Position numbers and translations under genes: made by a program
The notes under the pieces: model-generated
What the model was told of the DNA's origin: nothing
Databases searched by the model: none
The model's input: the letters and a program-made list of their open reading frames with translations, nothing else
Part shown: piece after piece, positions 1 to 9,665 of the stretch
Position numbering within the stretch: the first letter of the stretch is position 1
How the letters are laid out: every line of letters starts with the position of its first letter
Assembly: GCA_964485635.1 (NCBI GenBank)
Contig: CAZAJS010000001.1
Coordinates: 1 to 43,651, forward strand
Length of the DNA: 43,651 nt
From: an uncultured Francisellaceae bacterium
GTDB lineage: Bacteria > Pseudomonadota > Gammaproteobacteria > Francisellales > Francisellaceae
Reading direction: 5' to 3'

Positions 1-97
1 AAATCGATTTTTCAAGACAAGCACCTAACGACAGCGATTAATTTTAATTTAATATTGTATTCAATTTTCTGGTCAAATTCGAGTTTTTAGACAAAAA

Positions 98-769
98 TTA
101 ATGGGTTTTTTCTTGACTTGCCCAATATTCAGGGGAATCAATTTTTTTAAGCTTTTTGGCTAAAAAAGTTGAAAGCGGCAATCCTAGCACCTCAATGAAT
201 ACTTTGATACCCCACATAGTCAAGGCAATATTAAAAACCTGCATAGCGGTATCAAATTGTTGGCTTAACCCGATAAAACTAAAAACAACACTATCAATAA
301 ATGCGGCAATGATGGTTGATACAAGAAAACGTAATGCGATCATTTTTCCTTTTAACCAACGTTTTGAGCGAGATACCACATAAGCATTCAAAGGTTCACT
401 TGTTAAATAGCATACAAAAGAAGCTAAAATAATCAATGAATTAGCCTGCATGATATTATCAAATTGTTGATTATGAGCCACTAACACGGCTGGGCCTGAA
501 GGGGTGGGCATATGCGTCACAATCCACCCATAGGTCAAAAAGGCAATATTAATCACAAAGGCAGTAGCAATGGCTAATAATGCCTTTTGATAGCCATAAA
601 CTTCAGTAATAATATCAGCACATAGAAATGTAACAGGGAAAACGAGTGTTCCAGCATCAGTTTGCAGATGGAAAAATTGAATAATCCGCGCATCATACCA
701 GTTTGCCATTAGCAGTGTTGATACATAAACGACGATTAGCAACCAGAGAAAGCGGGGGCGCATCGCCAT
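98..769 (-). CDS. yhhQ: Queuosine-precursor transporter, YhhQ/DUF165 family membrane protein
   Basis: 223-aa polytopic membrane ORF with family-typical motifs (FPVTFLCADIITEVYGY, VSTIIAAFIDSVVF). AGGAG lies 7 nt upstream of the ATG. The gene starts only 18 nt downstream of the SPFH gene stop. Confidence 0.75.
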   Translation of the reverse strand: MAMRPRFLWLLIVVYVSTLLMANWYDARIIQFFHLQTDAGTLVFPVTFLCADIITEVYGYQKALLAIATAFVINIAFLTYGWIVTHMPTPSGPAVLVAHNQQFDNIMQANSLIILASFVCYLTSEPLNAYVVSRSKRWLKGKMIALRFLVSTIIAAFIDSVVFSFIGLSQQFDTAMQVFNIALTMWGIKVFIEVLGLPLSTFLAKKLKKIDSPEYWASQEKTH

Positions 770-787
770 GACTAGACTCCTTGTATT

Positions 788-1738
788 TTATTCTTTAGTA
801 CTTGAGTGTGTTGGGTCATTTTCAGTTATTGGATCTTCATGATTAAGCGATGAAGTGTCTGTGTTTTGCTCGGTATCTGCTTTGGTTTCATTCGTCTTGT
901 CTGATCTCATGTTATTAAATAGATTGGCTAATTGACTTGGGTCAATATTCAGTTGATCCTTATTTTGTTGATCATTATTATTAGTTGGTGCATTAAATAG
1001 TTGCTTAACCATATCCATTGGGAAAGGAAAAACAATTGTGGATGTTTTATCATTGGCAACGTCCATTAATGTTTGGAGGTATCTTAATTGGATTGCTTCT
1101 GGTTGCTGGCTTAAAACACGCGCTGCTTCAAATAATTTTTCAGACGCTTGGAATTCTCCTTGCGCATTAATGACCTTAGCACGACGTGAACGTTCGGCTT
1201 CAGCTTGGCGAGCAATAGCACGAACCATATTATCATCTAATTCGACATATTTAATTTCAACATTCGTTACCTTAACGCCCCAACCATCGGTTTGCTCATC
1301 CAAAATTTCTTGAATATCCGCATTAAGTTTATTACGCTCACTTAGCATTTGATCTAGCTCATGTCGTCCTAAGACTGACCGTAATGTCGTTTGCGCTAAT
1401 TGACTTGTGGCATCAAAATAATTTTCAATTTGAATTACAGCTCTTTCTGGGTCCACCACTTTAAAATACAAAACAGCATTAACACGAACCGAAACATTAT
1501 CTTGTGAGATAATATCTTGAGAAGGGATATCCATGACAATCGTTCGCAAAGGGGTGACAACCATTTGTTGAATGCCTGGGACAATAAAAAATAATCCAGG
1601 TCCCTTGACGCCTGTAAAGCGTCCTAAACTGAAGATAACACCTCGTTCATATTCTCGTAAAATGCGAATACAGGCAAAAAGAAAGATAATAGCGACAGCA
1701 ACAATGGCAAGGATAACATAAAGAAAGTTAATTTCCAT
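788..1738 (-). CDS. SPFH/band-7 (stomatin-like, slipin-type) membrane protein with a low-complexity C-terminal tail
   Basis: 316 aa with an N-terminal TM helix and an SPFH core ([26 protein letters not shown], coiled [12 protein letters not shown]). The last ~70 aa are N/D/Q/T-rich. Classic pairing with the upstream nfeD. Confidence 0.88.
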   Translation of the reverse strand: MEINFLYVILAIVAVAIIFLFACIRILREYERGVIFSLGRFTGVKGPGLFFIVPGIQQMVVTPLRTIVMDIPSQDIISQDNVSVRVNAVLYFKVVDPERAVIQIENYFDATSQLAQTTLRSVLGRHELDQMLSERNKLNADIQEILDEQTDGWGVKVTNVEIKYVELDDNMVRAIARQAEAERSRRAKVINAQGEFQASEKLFEAARVLSQQPEAIQLRYLQTLMDVANDKTSTIVFPFPMDMVKQLFNAPTNNNDQQNKDQLNIDPSQLANLFNNMRSDKTNETKADTEQNTDTSSLNHEDPITENDPTHSSTKE

Positions 1739-3071
1739 GGGGCGGTTCCTCTTGAGGGTTTTGAATTGATTGAACAGTTAATGTTAGTCCATTTCGGTGA
1801 ATAGACTTGACAGCTTGACCCTTTTCTAATGGTTCATCTGACTGAATACGCCAGATTTCGCCATTAAATTGAGCCGTGCCTTGATGACCATCAAAAGCAA
1901 GGACATGGCCTTTTGATGTTGCGATAGTGTTACTACTAGAAACTTTTTTTCTTTTAAAAGAGTTCACGGCAATGCGAACAATAATCAGCAGAAAAGCCGC
2001 TGTTGCGAGTGTAAACCCTAGCGCCGTTGAAATGGCTAAATGAAACCCTGGTGTTGAAGGGTCAAATAGCATTACTGAGCCAATAAAAAATGCCACAATG
2101 CCTCCAATGGCTAGGATTCCAAAACTGGCAACAAATATTTCGGCAATGATCAGTCCGATGCCAACAGCTAATAATAAGACGCCTGTTAATGTCACTGGGA
2201 GCATTTGAAGTCCATAAATCGCTAGCAGTAATGAAATAGCGCCTGCAACACCCGGGATAATTAAACCAGGATTGAATAATTCAAAAATAATTCCATAAAT
2301 TCCGATTAATAGTAAAATATAGGTCAACGTAGGGCTTGTTAAGGCTGCAAGAAGCCATTGTTTAAAGTTAGGGGCAACATGCTCAATACTAGCTTGATCC
2401 GTGACTAATTGAATTGATTCATCTTGGAACTTTAATTGGTAGTGATTTAATTGGTTGACCAAGTCATTAACATTATTGGCCATCAAGTTAATGACATTTT
2501 TCTCATAGGCTTGTGATGCTGATAAGCTATCGGCTGATTCAATGGCTTTAATGGGCCATTGAGCATTACGGTCATGCCTTTCAGCAAGCGATTGAATAAA
2601 CGCCTTGCTATCATTAATTACTTTTTGTTTCGATGGCGTATCTTGGTCAGATTCTGGATCTGGCGTTCCGCCCATTGACACCGGTGTTGCAGCCCCGATA
2701 TTGGTTCCTGGTGCCATGGCCGCAATATTAGCCGCATAGGTGATAAATGTGCCAGCACTTGCTGCACGCGCACCAGATGGGGCTACAAAAACAACTGTTG
2801 GGACAGGCGCATTTAAAATGCTTTGGACTAAATCACGTGTTGATGTGAGCAACCCGCCGGGGGTGTTGAGTTGAATAATAATCAGCTCATGCGCTGAAGC
2901 ATGGGTTTTAGCAATATTATCATCAATATAATCAGCGACAGCTGGCCCAATCCCGCCATCAATTGTCAACACTTTAACTTGGTTAACTGTGTAGTCAGTT
3001 GAGGCAAAGGCTGGTTTCATGAACCCTAGCGCCAAAACACAATAAAATATTACATAAATAAAGCGAGACAT
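1728..3071 (-). CDS. nfeD: NfeD-family membrane-bound ClpP-class serine protease (stomatin operon partner)
   Basis: Signal-like N-terminus [23 protein letters not shown], ClpP-like domain ([15 protein letters not shown]), a central block of TM helices, and a C-terminal NfeD OB-fold ([24 protein letters not shown]). It overlaps the SPFH gene by 11 nt. The ORF-track start at 3125 adds 18 non-signal residues, so the ATG at 3071 is preferred. Confidence 0.82.
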   Translation of the reverse strand: MSRFIYVIFYCVLALGFMKPAFASTDYTVNQVKVLTIDGGIGPAVADYIDDNIAKTHASAHELIIIQLNTPGGLLTSTRDLVQSILNAPVPTVVFVAPSGARAASAGTFITYAANIAAMAPGTNIGAATPVSMGGTPDPESDQDTPSKQKVINDSKAFIQSLAERHDRNAQWPIKAIESADSLSASQAYEKNVINLMANNVNDLVNQLNHYQLKFQDESIQLVTDQASIEHVAPNFKQWLLAALTSPTLTYILLLIGIYGIIFELFNPGLIIPGVAGAISLLLAIYGLQMLPVTLTGVLLLAVGIGLIIAEIFVASFGILAIGGIVAFFIGSVMLFDPSTPGFHLAISTALGFTLATAAFLLIIVRIAVNSFKRKKVSSSNTIATSKGHVLAFDGHQGTAQFNGEIWRIQSDEPLEKGQAVKSIHRNGLTLTVQSIQNPQEEPPHGN

Positions 3072-3231
3072 TGATTGGCAACAATTTTGACTTTTGTAAA
3101 GCGCATTTTGACACTTTTTAGGCAAGGATGCAATAGCCTAGATAAGGTGGTTGTTTAACAGATCAGCGGATGCGCTGTTTCTATCTTTAAATAGTTTTAA
3201 AGCAATGGCTAAATCATGATAGTTTTAATGT

Positions 3232-3750
3232 TTAAAAATGGTGGTTTCTGCTCTCATGACAAATAAGTCGACCATTATCATTTGCTACTTCAGGGTAACG
3301 ATAGTCATCTAAACACCGGTCAAAGTCCAGATGGCTATAGCGGTAACCACCTGATTTTCGGCGACATTGTGCGCTTAATTGCCCACTACGGTGATGCCAG
3401 TTAATATCTCGGCAAGTTTTTAAGTAACTACCATCAGGTCGATGGTGGTAATGATGGGCATGTGATTGAGGATCTTTTAAATAAACTTGCATCCCAGCTT
3501 GATAGCCTTCTCGGTATTTTTCATTCAATTGGTCAATTTGACCTTGATCCATTTCAATACTTTTACAAATACCCGCATAGTTGCTTGACATTGAATCATT
3601 ATCACGACCTTGATTAAAACCATGCGCATAGGCGGCGGATTCATTACATTCAGACTTAGCAATAGCGCGTGTCATTGCTGCACATCCACTTAAACTAATG
3701 GTGCATCCTGCCATAATAGCAATGATCAATGACCGTTTTTGTAGAATCAT
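3232..3750 (-). CDS. Small Cys/His-rich lipoprotein with a single CVNH (cyanovirin-N homology)-like repeat
   Basis: Lipoprotein signal with lipobox (IAIMAGC / LSGC). His run SHAHHYHH. The C-terminal segment YLKTCRDINW..GQLSAQCRRKSGGYRYSHLDFDRC..NDNGRLIC fits the CVNH repeat pattern. The track start at 3771 is a TTG; the ATG at 3750, preceded by AGGTG, is preferred. Confidence 0.6.
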   Translation of the reverse strand: MILQKRSLIIAIMAGCTISLSGCAAMTRAIAKSECNESAAYAHGFNQGRDNDSMSSNYAGICKSIEMDQGQIDQLNEKYREGYQAGMQVYLKDPQSHAHHYHHRPDGSYLKTCRDINWHHRSGQLSAQCRRKSGGYRYSHLDFDRCLDDYRYPEVANDNGRLICHESRNHHF

Positions 3751-3927
3751 CGTTAGCACCTGCCATTTCAATTTTATTTTATAAAAACTTCAAACACTTA
3801 TACTATATTAGAATTATCTTGTCTACAGATGCCTAGTGATTGTTGAATAAATTGTTTAAAAACAATGACAAAAGGTGAAAAAATATATTATGATTAAGAT
3901 AAAATCATAGACGTAAAAAGGCTGGAA

Positions 3928-4716
3928 ATGACAGTTACGATCAAATCAAATGATGCAATTGAAAAAATGCGTATTGCAGGGCGTTTAGCTGCAGAAGTAT
4001 TAGAAATGATTGAGCCTTATGTTCAACCCGGTGTCACAACAGAGGCCCTTGATCAGCGATGCCATGATTATATTGTTAATGAGCAACACGCAACGCCAGC
4101 TCCATTAAATTATCATGGTTTCCCTAAATCAGTTTGTATTTCTGTTAATCATGTTGTTTGTCATGGAATCCCTGGGGCTAAAAAGTTGAAAAAAGGTGAT
4201 ATTGTCAACATTGATGTCACGGTCATTAAAGATGGTTATCATGGTGATACCAGTAAAATGTTTATTGTCGGGGCAAGCACATCAATTTTAGCCCAACGCT
4301 TAGTTGATGTAACGTATGAATGTTTATGGCGAGGCATTCGCCAAGTCAAGCCTGGGGCCCATTTGGGAGATATTGGTGCGGCAATTGAAGCTTATGCGCA
4401 CGAGCAGGACTTTTCTGTGGTTGAGGTTTTTTGTGGTCATGGAATTGGCGAGCAATTCCATGAAGAGCCACAAGTGCTTCATTATGGAAAAGCTGGAACT
4501 GGGATCGAGCTAGTTCCAGGCATGGCATTTACCATTGAACCAATGATCAATGCTGGCAAAAAAAATGTCTCAGTGCTTAAAGATGGATGGACCGCAGTTA
4601 CGAAAGATCGAAGTCTATCCGCACAATGGGAGCACACGCTCGTTGTTACGGAGACAGGTTATGAAGTGTTAACCTTGCGCAAGTCAGAATCAAACATGGC
4701 AACAATGGGCTCATGA
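3928..4716 (+). CDS. map: Methionine aminopeptidase, type I
   Basis: 262 aa with canonical MetAP-I motifs (HGIPG, DIVNIDVT, DGYHGDTS, FCGHGIG, FTIEPM, AQWEHT). Confidence 0.96.
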   Translation: MTVTIKSNDAIEKMRIAGRLAAEVLEMIEPYVQPGVTTEALDQRCHDYIVNEQHATPAPLNYHGFPKSVCISVNHVVCHGIPGAKKLKKGDIVNIDVTVIKDGYHGDTSKMFIVGASTSILAQRLVDVTYECLWRGIRQVKPGAHLGDIGAAIEAYAHEQDFSVVEVFCGHGIGEQFHEEPQVLHYGKAGTGIELVPGMAFTIEPMINAGKKNVSVLKDGWTAVTKDRSLSAQWEHTLVVTETGYEVLTLRKSESNMATMGS

Positions 4717-5558
4717 TGAAAACGCGACAACAAGTTTTTCAGCTATGCCAAGTATTGCAAAAGCAGGGAGAAACGCCAACTGTCGCAAAAGTTTATCGTT
4801 TGATGGGGGCAGATGTATCTTATTGGCATGTTGTTAAAGCTGTCATGGCATTTAAAGCTGATGCCAGTCAGACAAATGATCAGATGCAGGCGTCAGAAAC
4901 TGAGTTGCCGTCAACAAAAGCCGCATTTCCATCATCAAATATTATTTATCAAGCGTTGAAAAAACATCGTGAACAATCAGATGAGCAAATCACATTAGGT
5001 ATTCATCAAGCGATTAAGTCGCAAATCGATGCCTATCTACAGCAACAGTTTGACACTTATGATATCCAGATCAAACAATTACAAACGAAAAATCAGCATA
5101 TAGAGGTTCAGTATTATGGGCTTAAAGGGCGTTATGAAGCATTACAACAAGAATATGAGGCCCTTAAAGAGTCGCATTATCAGTTACAACAAGAGCAGCA
5201 ACAGCTTAAACAGCAAGTCAAAAAAACAGCGCCTGGGGTGACATCTGAACAAAAGCCAGTAACTGTTAAGGATTACTTAACTCAGTTAGATGGAATTCAA
5301 AGTGAACAAGCGGTTGCCTATGATGCTAAAAAAGGGTATTTAGTGGTTCGCGCGCCAGGAAAACATCCTGTTGTTAAAGAATTGCGAAAAGGTGTTAGCA
5401 GTTTTCAGTTGCAAGCTCAATATGTCGAATATGATTATCAAAGCAAGCTATGGTGGATTCATGGGTTTACCTTAGCCACATTACGTTTATTTGATCGTAA
5501 TAAATTTGTAATGTCTAATGAAGCAGCGCATATCCTACAAGTCTGGCAACAAGGTTGA
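4713..5558 (+). CDS. Hypothetical protein: KfrA_N-like DNA-binding N-terminus, Q-rich coiled coil and an unknown C-terminal domain
   Basis: 281 aa. The start ATG overlaps the map stop codon (ATGA). The N-terminus TRQQVFQLCQVLQKQGETPTVAKVYRLMG resembles the KfrA N-terminal HTH. Residues ~95-172 are heptad-like and Q/E/K-rich. I did not recognise the C-terminal ~100 aa. Confidence 0.5.
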   Translation: MMKTRQQVFQLCQVLQKQGETPTVAKVYRLMGADVSYWHVVKAVMAFKADASQTNDQMQASETELPSTKAAFPSSNIIYQALKKHREQSDEQITLGIHQAIKSQIDAYLQQQFDTYDIQIKQLQTKNQHIEVQYYGLKGRYEALQQEYEALKESHYQLQQEQQQLKQQVKKTAPGVTSEQKPVTVKDYLTQLDGIQSEQAVAYDAKKGYLVVRAPGKHPVVKELRKGVSSFQLQAQYVEYDYQSKLWWIHGFTLATLRLFDRNKFVMSNEAAHILQVWQQG

Positions 5559-5640
5559 ATTTTAGCCGTTTGCCTTTTTATTTGTCCTGCATTATGCTAT
5601 AGTATCGTTTTGTGTTAGCCGTTAAAGAAGAGAAAATTGT

Positions 5641-5964
5641 ATGCCGTTTATTGTGACAGAATCTTGCATTAATTGTAAATTAGGTGATTGTGTTGAAGTG
5701 TGTCCAGTGGATTGCTTCTATGAAGGGCCGAACATGCTCGTAATCAACCCTGACGAGTGTATTGATTGTGCCTTATGCGAGCCAGAGTGTCCCGTTGATG
5801 CGATTTATGCAGATGATGAGCTCCCAGAAGATCAGCAAGCATTTGTTGAAATCAATCGTCGCTTATCTGAGCAGTGGGAAAATATCACTGAAAAATGTGA
5901 ACCTTGCCCTGATGAGCAAAAGTGGCGTGATGTGCCCAATAAACGACAGTATCTTCAAGAGTGA
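5641..5964 (+). CDS. fdxA: 7Fe ferredoxin (Azotobacter FdxA type)
   Basis: 107 aa, near-colinear with FdxA: [43 protein letters not shown]. Confidence 0.93.
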   Translation: MPFIVTESCINCKLGDCVEVCPVDCFYEGPNMLVINPDECIDCALCEPECPVDAIYADDELPEDQQAFVEINRRLSEQWENITEKCEPCPDEQKWRDVPNKRQYLQE

Positions 5965-6527
5965 TGTTAACGCATTTACCAAAATTAGTGATTCTTGATC
6001 GAGATGGGGTCATTAATATTGACTCGGAAAACTATATTCGGACTGTCAATCAGTGGTCTTGGATTAATCAAAGCGATACGGCGCTTTGTCGGCTAATTGA
6101 CGCACAAATTCCTGTTGCTATCGCTACTAATCAATCTGGCCTATCACGAGGATTTTTTGATTATGCGACACTCCATCGGATGCATCAAAAATTGCTTGAT
6201 GGTCTTGGCCAACATGCTAAAGGAATTCAGTATATTGCGATTTGTCCGCATCATCCCTCAGATGGCTGCGAATGCCGGAAACCTGCCCCTGGAATGTTAA
6301 ATGAAATTGCCAATAAACTTTCAGTGTCTTTAGGCGGTGATGTTCATTTTGTCGGAGATAGCTGGCGTGATTGCCAAGCCGCACTGGCAGTCAACTGCCA
6401 ACCTATTTTAGTCAAAACCGGCAAAGGTCAAAAAACATTGAATCAGCTGTCAGCAGCACAGCGTCAAGCAATTCCAACTTTTGATAACTTAAATGACTAT
6501 GTTAAAGAGGTCTTATGCAATATCTAA
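5961..6527 (+). CDS. gmhB: D-glycero-beta-D-manno-heptose-1,7-bisphosphate 7-phosphatase
   Basis: HAD motif I LDRDGVIN, Zn-loop [14 protein letters not shown], and VGDSWRD. The start (GTG 5961 or ATG 5964) overlaps the fdxA stop. Confidence 0.85.
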   Translation: MMLTHLPKLVILDRDGVINIDSENYIRTVNQWSWINQSDTALCRLIDAQIPVAIATNQSGLSRGFFDYATLHRMHQKLLDGLGQHAKGIQYIAICPHHPSDGCECRKPAPGMLNEIANKLSVSLGGDVHFVGDSWRDCQAALAVNCQPILVKTGKGQKTLNQLSAAQRQAIPTFDNLNDYVKEVLCNI

Positions 6528-7273
6528 AAAAATTAGGATGTGTGATTTGGACATCAATTTTATGGGTGCGTCAAATCATTTATTGGGTGTTTTTTACATT
6601 AAGTGTTGTGATTTTTGGAAGCATGGCGTGGCTGGCTTATCGTTTCAATGCGCCGCATAAAGTTCGTATTTTGATTGTTAAAGGTTGGTCTTTCACCGGC
6701 ATGGGACTGATGTATTTCATTTTATGGCAGCGCATTGTCATTAAAGGGCGTGACAATATTCCAAAAGGGGCTTGTGTGTATATCGCTAAGCACCAATCTC
6801 CTTGGGAAACAATTACTTTTGCCGGCTTATTATCAAATATCACCTTTGTGTTAAAACAGTCGTTGTTGAAAATTCCTTTTTTAGGGGTTGGTTTGAAAAG
6901 TTTTGAATGTATCCCTATTGAGCGTTCGCAGCGATTAAAAGCATTTAAAAAAGTTATTGAAATGGGGCAAAAACGGCTTAAGCGTGGCATTAGCATTGTG
7001 ATTTTCCCAGAAGGAACAAGGGTCAAAACTGGTGAATATCCAAAGTTTCATAAAACAGCAATGGCGCTAGCTGGAGCCACAAAAAGCCCTGTTGTACCCG
7101 TTGCTTTAAACTCAGGGCGCCTTTGGCCGACTCGAGGCTTTGGCTTAATCAAGCCTGGCGTTGTTACAATGGTATTTGGTCCGTGTATTGAAGCGGATAA
7201 AACTGATAATGATACATTGTATCAGCAATGTTATGATTGGATCACAGAGACAACACAAGCATTAGGTGGTTAG
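6515..7273 (+). CDS. plsC: 1-acyl-sn-glycerol-3-phosphate acyltransferase
   Basis: N-terminal TM helix and acyltransferase motifs KHQSPWET and FPEGTR. Overlaps gmhB by 13 nt. Confidence 0.85.
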   Translation: MQYLKKLGCVIWTSILWVRQIIYWVFFTLSVVIFGSMAWLAYRFNAPHKVRILIVKGWSFTGMGLMYFILWQRIVIKGRDNIPKGACVYIAKHQSPWETITFAGLLSNITFVLKQSLLKIPFLGVGLKSFECIPIERSQRLKAFKKVIEMGQKRLKRGISIVIFPEGTRVKTGEYPKFHKTAMALAGATKSPVVPVALNSGRLWPTRGFGLIKPGVVTMVFGPCIEADKTDNDTLYQQCYDWITETTQALGG

Positions 7274-7761
7274 TTTTTGCGTTCCCATACGCGAAAAGTA
7301 AAATCATATTCGTTGTCTTGGTTGGCTGAATAGAAACGTTGACCAAGTTGTTGAAAGTCAGCCTGATCCCATTCTGGGAAAAAAGTATCAGCATGGCAAT
7401 CAGCATTGATTTCAGAAATATATAGCCGATCAACATAAGGCAGAAATTGTTGATAGACTTCCCCACCGCCAATAATGAAAAACAAATGGTGAGATCGAGA
7501 TTCGATCAGTGATAAAAGCTCATCGATGCTTCGGGCGATTAAACAGTCATTTGCTTGGAATGTCTGATCACGTGTCAAGACAATATTGTGTCGATTAGGC
7601 AAGGCATGACCAATGGCATGATAAGTTTTTCGTCCCATGATAACCGTATTTTTTTGCGTTAATTGGCGAAATAATTTTAAATCATCGGCAAGGCGCCAAG
7701 GTAAACTGTTATCTTTTCCAATGCCTTTATTGCGATCATAAGCAGTAATAATTGCAAGCAT
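7270..7761 (-). CDS. folA: Dihydrofolate reductase
   Basis: 163 aa with IGKDNSLPW, VIMGRKTY and IIGGGEVY motifs. Its stop codon overlaps the plsC stop. Confidence 0.92.
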   Translation of the reverse strand: MLAIITAYDRNKGIGKDNSLPWRLADDLKLFRQLTQKNTVIMGRKTYHAIGHALPNRHNIVLTRDQTFQANDCLIARSIDELLSLIESRSHHLFFIIGGGEVYQQFLPYVDRLYISEINADCHADTFFPEWDQADFQQLGQRFYSANQDNEYDFTFRVWERKN

Positions 7762-7822
7762 GATTAAGCTCCTATTCGTTTAAGAAAATTAATGGTTGAT
7801 TCTAGGTATCGGCAGTTTTTTA

Positions 7823-7831
7823 TGATACAAT
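7823..7831 (+). promoter_or_regulatory. Candidate extended -10 element (TGaTACAAT) of the rpsB-tsf promoter
   Basis: TGATACAAT sits about 140 nt upstream of rpsB. I found no good -35 at 17 nt. Confidence 0.4.
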
Positions 7832-7882
7832 GCCGTTGCTTTGTTGTGAAAGCACAATAAGGCAAAAATAATGACACACATT

Positions 7883-7930
7883 CCCCGATACACTTTCAGG
7901 GTGCCTTGATTAAGGTTTGAAAGTGAGGGG
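7883..7930 (+). promoter_or_regulatory. Structured rpsB 5' leader hairpin (possible S2 autoregulatory element)
   Basis: CACTTTCA (7891-7898) pairs with TGAAAGTG (7918-7925), and CCCC (7883-7886) pairs with GGGG (7927-7930). The hairpin lies 40 nt upstream of the rpsB ATG. Confidence 0.45.
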
Positions 7931-7968
7931 TATGGCGGCATAACCCAACAAAAAAATGGAGAAAAATA

Positions 7969-8700
7969 ATGTCTTTAATGAAAGATATGCTACAAGCAGG
8001 TGTTCACTTTGGTCATCAAAAGCGGTTCTGGAACCCTAAAATGGCCCCATATATCTTTGGTGTAAATCATAATACCCACATCATCAACCTTGAAAAAACC
8101 GTTCCTTTATTTAAAGAAGCAAGTAACTTTATCAGTAAAGTTGCATCAAAAGGTGGTAAAGTCTTATTTGTTGGCACAAAGCGACAAGCGCAACAAACAG
8201 TACGTGAAGAAATGACACGTTGCGGCATGCCTTATGTGAATCATCGTTGGCTGGGTGGTATGTTGACAAATTATAAAACAATTCGTCATTCAATTAAGCG
8301 ACTTCGTCAATTAGAAACCATGAGCCAAGATGGCACTTTTGAAAAATTAACTAAAAAAGAAGCTCTTGGCCTTCAACGTGAGCAAGGAAAGCTTGAATTA
8401 ACGCTTGGCGGTATCAAAGACATGGGAGGTTTACCTGATGCTTTATTTGTCATTGATACAAATGAAGAGCGGATTGCTATTGAAGAAGCTAATCGTTTAG
8501 GTATTCCTGTTGTTGCTGTTGTTGATACTAATGCAAAATTGGCAGGTGTTGACTATGTCATTCCAGGCAATGATGATGCTTTACGTTCAATTCGATTTTA
8601 TTTAAAACATTTTGCAGATGTCATTATTGATGCGAATCAAAGCACAGGTCAGCCGTCAGAAGATCAAGCGCAACAGGCTGAAGCTGCATCTGCTGAATAG
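7969..8700 (+). CDS. rpsB: 30S ribosomal protein S2
   Basis: [25 protein letters not shown]; GGAG RBS. Confidence 0.97.
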   Translation: MSLMKDMLQAGVHFGHQKRFWNPKMAPYIFGVNHNTHIINLEKTVPLFKEASNFISKVASKGGKVLFVGTKRQAQQTVREEMTRCGMPYVNHRWLGGMLTNYKTIRHSIKRLRQLETMSQDGTFEKLTKKEALGLQREQGKLELTLGGIKDMGGLPDALFVIDTNEERIAIEEANRLGIPVVAVVDTNAKLAGVDYVIPGNDDALRSIRFYLKHFADVIIDANQSTGQPSEDQAQQAEAASAE

Positions 8701-8768
8701 TCGATTTTAAAATGACAGTTTGATAAATAATAAAATTAATATTTAAAATATTAAGAGGAGAGAGTTCC

Positions 8769-9641
8769 ATGGCAGTAACAGCTCAAATGGTAAAAGCGCT
8801 TCGTGAAAGAACAGGCGCGGGTATGATGGAATGCAAAAAAGCATTAACCGCCGCAAATGGTGATATTGAGCAAGCAGTTGAAGAGATGCGTAAATCTGGT
8901 TTGGCTAAAGCAGATAAAAAAGCGAGCCGAACGGCGGCAGAAGGCATCATTGCAATGAAAAAAGGCCAGTCTCATGCATTGATGGTTGAGATTAACTCAG
9001 AAACTGATTTTGTTGCTCGAGATGACAACTTTAAGCAGTTTACAGATATGATTGTTCAAGTGGCATTTGATAATGATCTGCATGATCGTGATGCGCTATT
9101 GAACCATACGCTTGAAAGTGGAGAAACAATTGAAGAAGCCCGTAAAGTGTTAGTGGCTAAGATTGGTGAAAATATTGATGTGCGCCGAGTTGCGTGTGTT
9201 CATGGACCAACGCTTGGGGCTTACAGTCATGGTGGGACTATTGGTGTTGTCGTGGCTTTAGAAGGTGGCGATGAAGCCTTGGCAAAAGATGTTGCAATGC
9301 ATATTGCTGCACAAAATCCTCAGGCTATTTCACAAGATGACGTGCCAAGTGAGCTTGTAGAGAAAGAAAAAGCTTTATTTACTGCGCAAGCTGAAGAAAG
9401 TGGCAAGCCAAAAGAGATCATTGAAAAAATGATCCAAGGCCGAATTCGTAAATTCTTGGATGAGCAAAGTGTCTTAGGGCAAGGGTTTGTAAAAGATCCG
9501 AATCAGAAAGTTGGTGACTTGTTAGCTGAAAAAAATGCAAAAGTCCTTGACTTTGTGCGTTTTGAAGTCGGCGAAGGCATCGAGAAAGCTGAATCTGATT
9601 TTGCAGAAGAAGTCATGAGCCAAGTTCAAGCGCAAAAATAA
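8769..9641 (+). CDS. tsf: Elongation factor Ts
   Basis: [22 protein letters not shown]-like N-terminus; follows rpsB. Confidence 0.97.
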   Translation: MAVTAQMVKALRERTGAGMMECKKALTAANGDIEQAVEEMRKSGLAKADKKASRTAAEGIIAMKKGQSHALMVEINSETDFVARDDNFKQFTDMIVQVAFDNDLHDRDALLNHTLESGETIEEARKVLVAKIGENIDVRRVACVHGPTLGAYSHGGTIGVVVALEGGDEALAKDVAMHIAAQNPQAISQDDVPSELVEKEKALFTAQAEESGKPKEIIEKMIQGRIRKFLDEQSVLGQGFVKDPNQKVGDLLAEKNAKVLDFVRFEVGEGIEKAESDFAEEVMSQVQAQK

Positions 9642-9665
9642 TTAACACAGGTAGTATAGTCAGCA

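Noticed and set aside
3164-3177. A CAGCG-gatg-CGCTG hairpin followed by a T-rich tract, considered as a terminator between the lipoprotein gene and nfeD.
   Set aside because: The T-run follows the stem only on the + strand, but both flanking genes are on the - strand. Read in their direction the stem is followed by ATCTGTT. The stem is only 5 bp.
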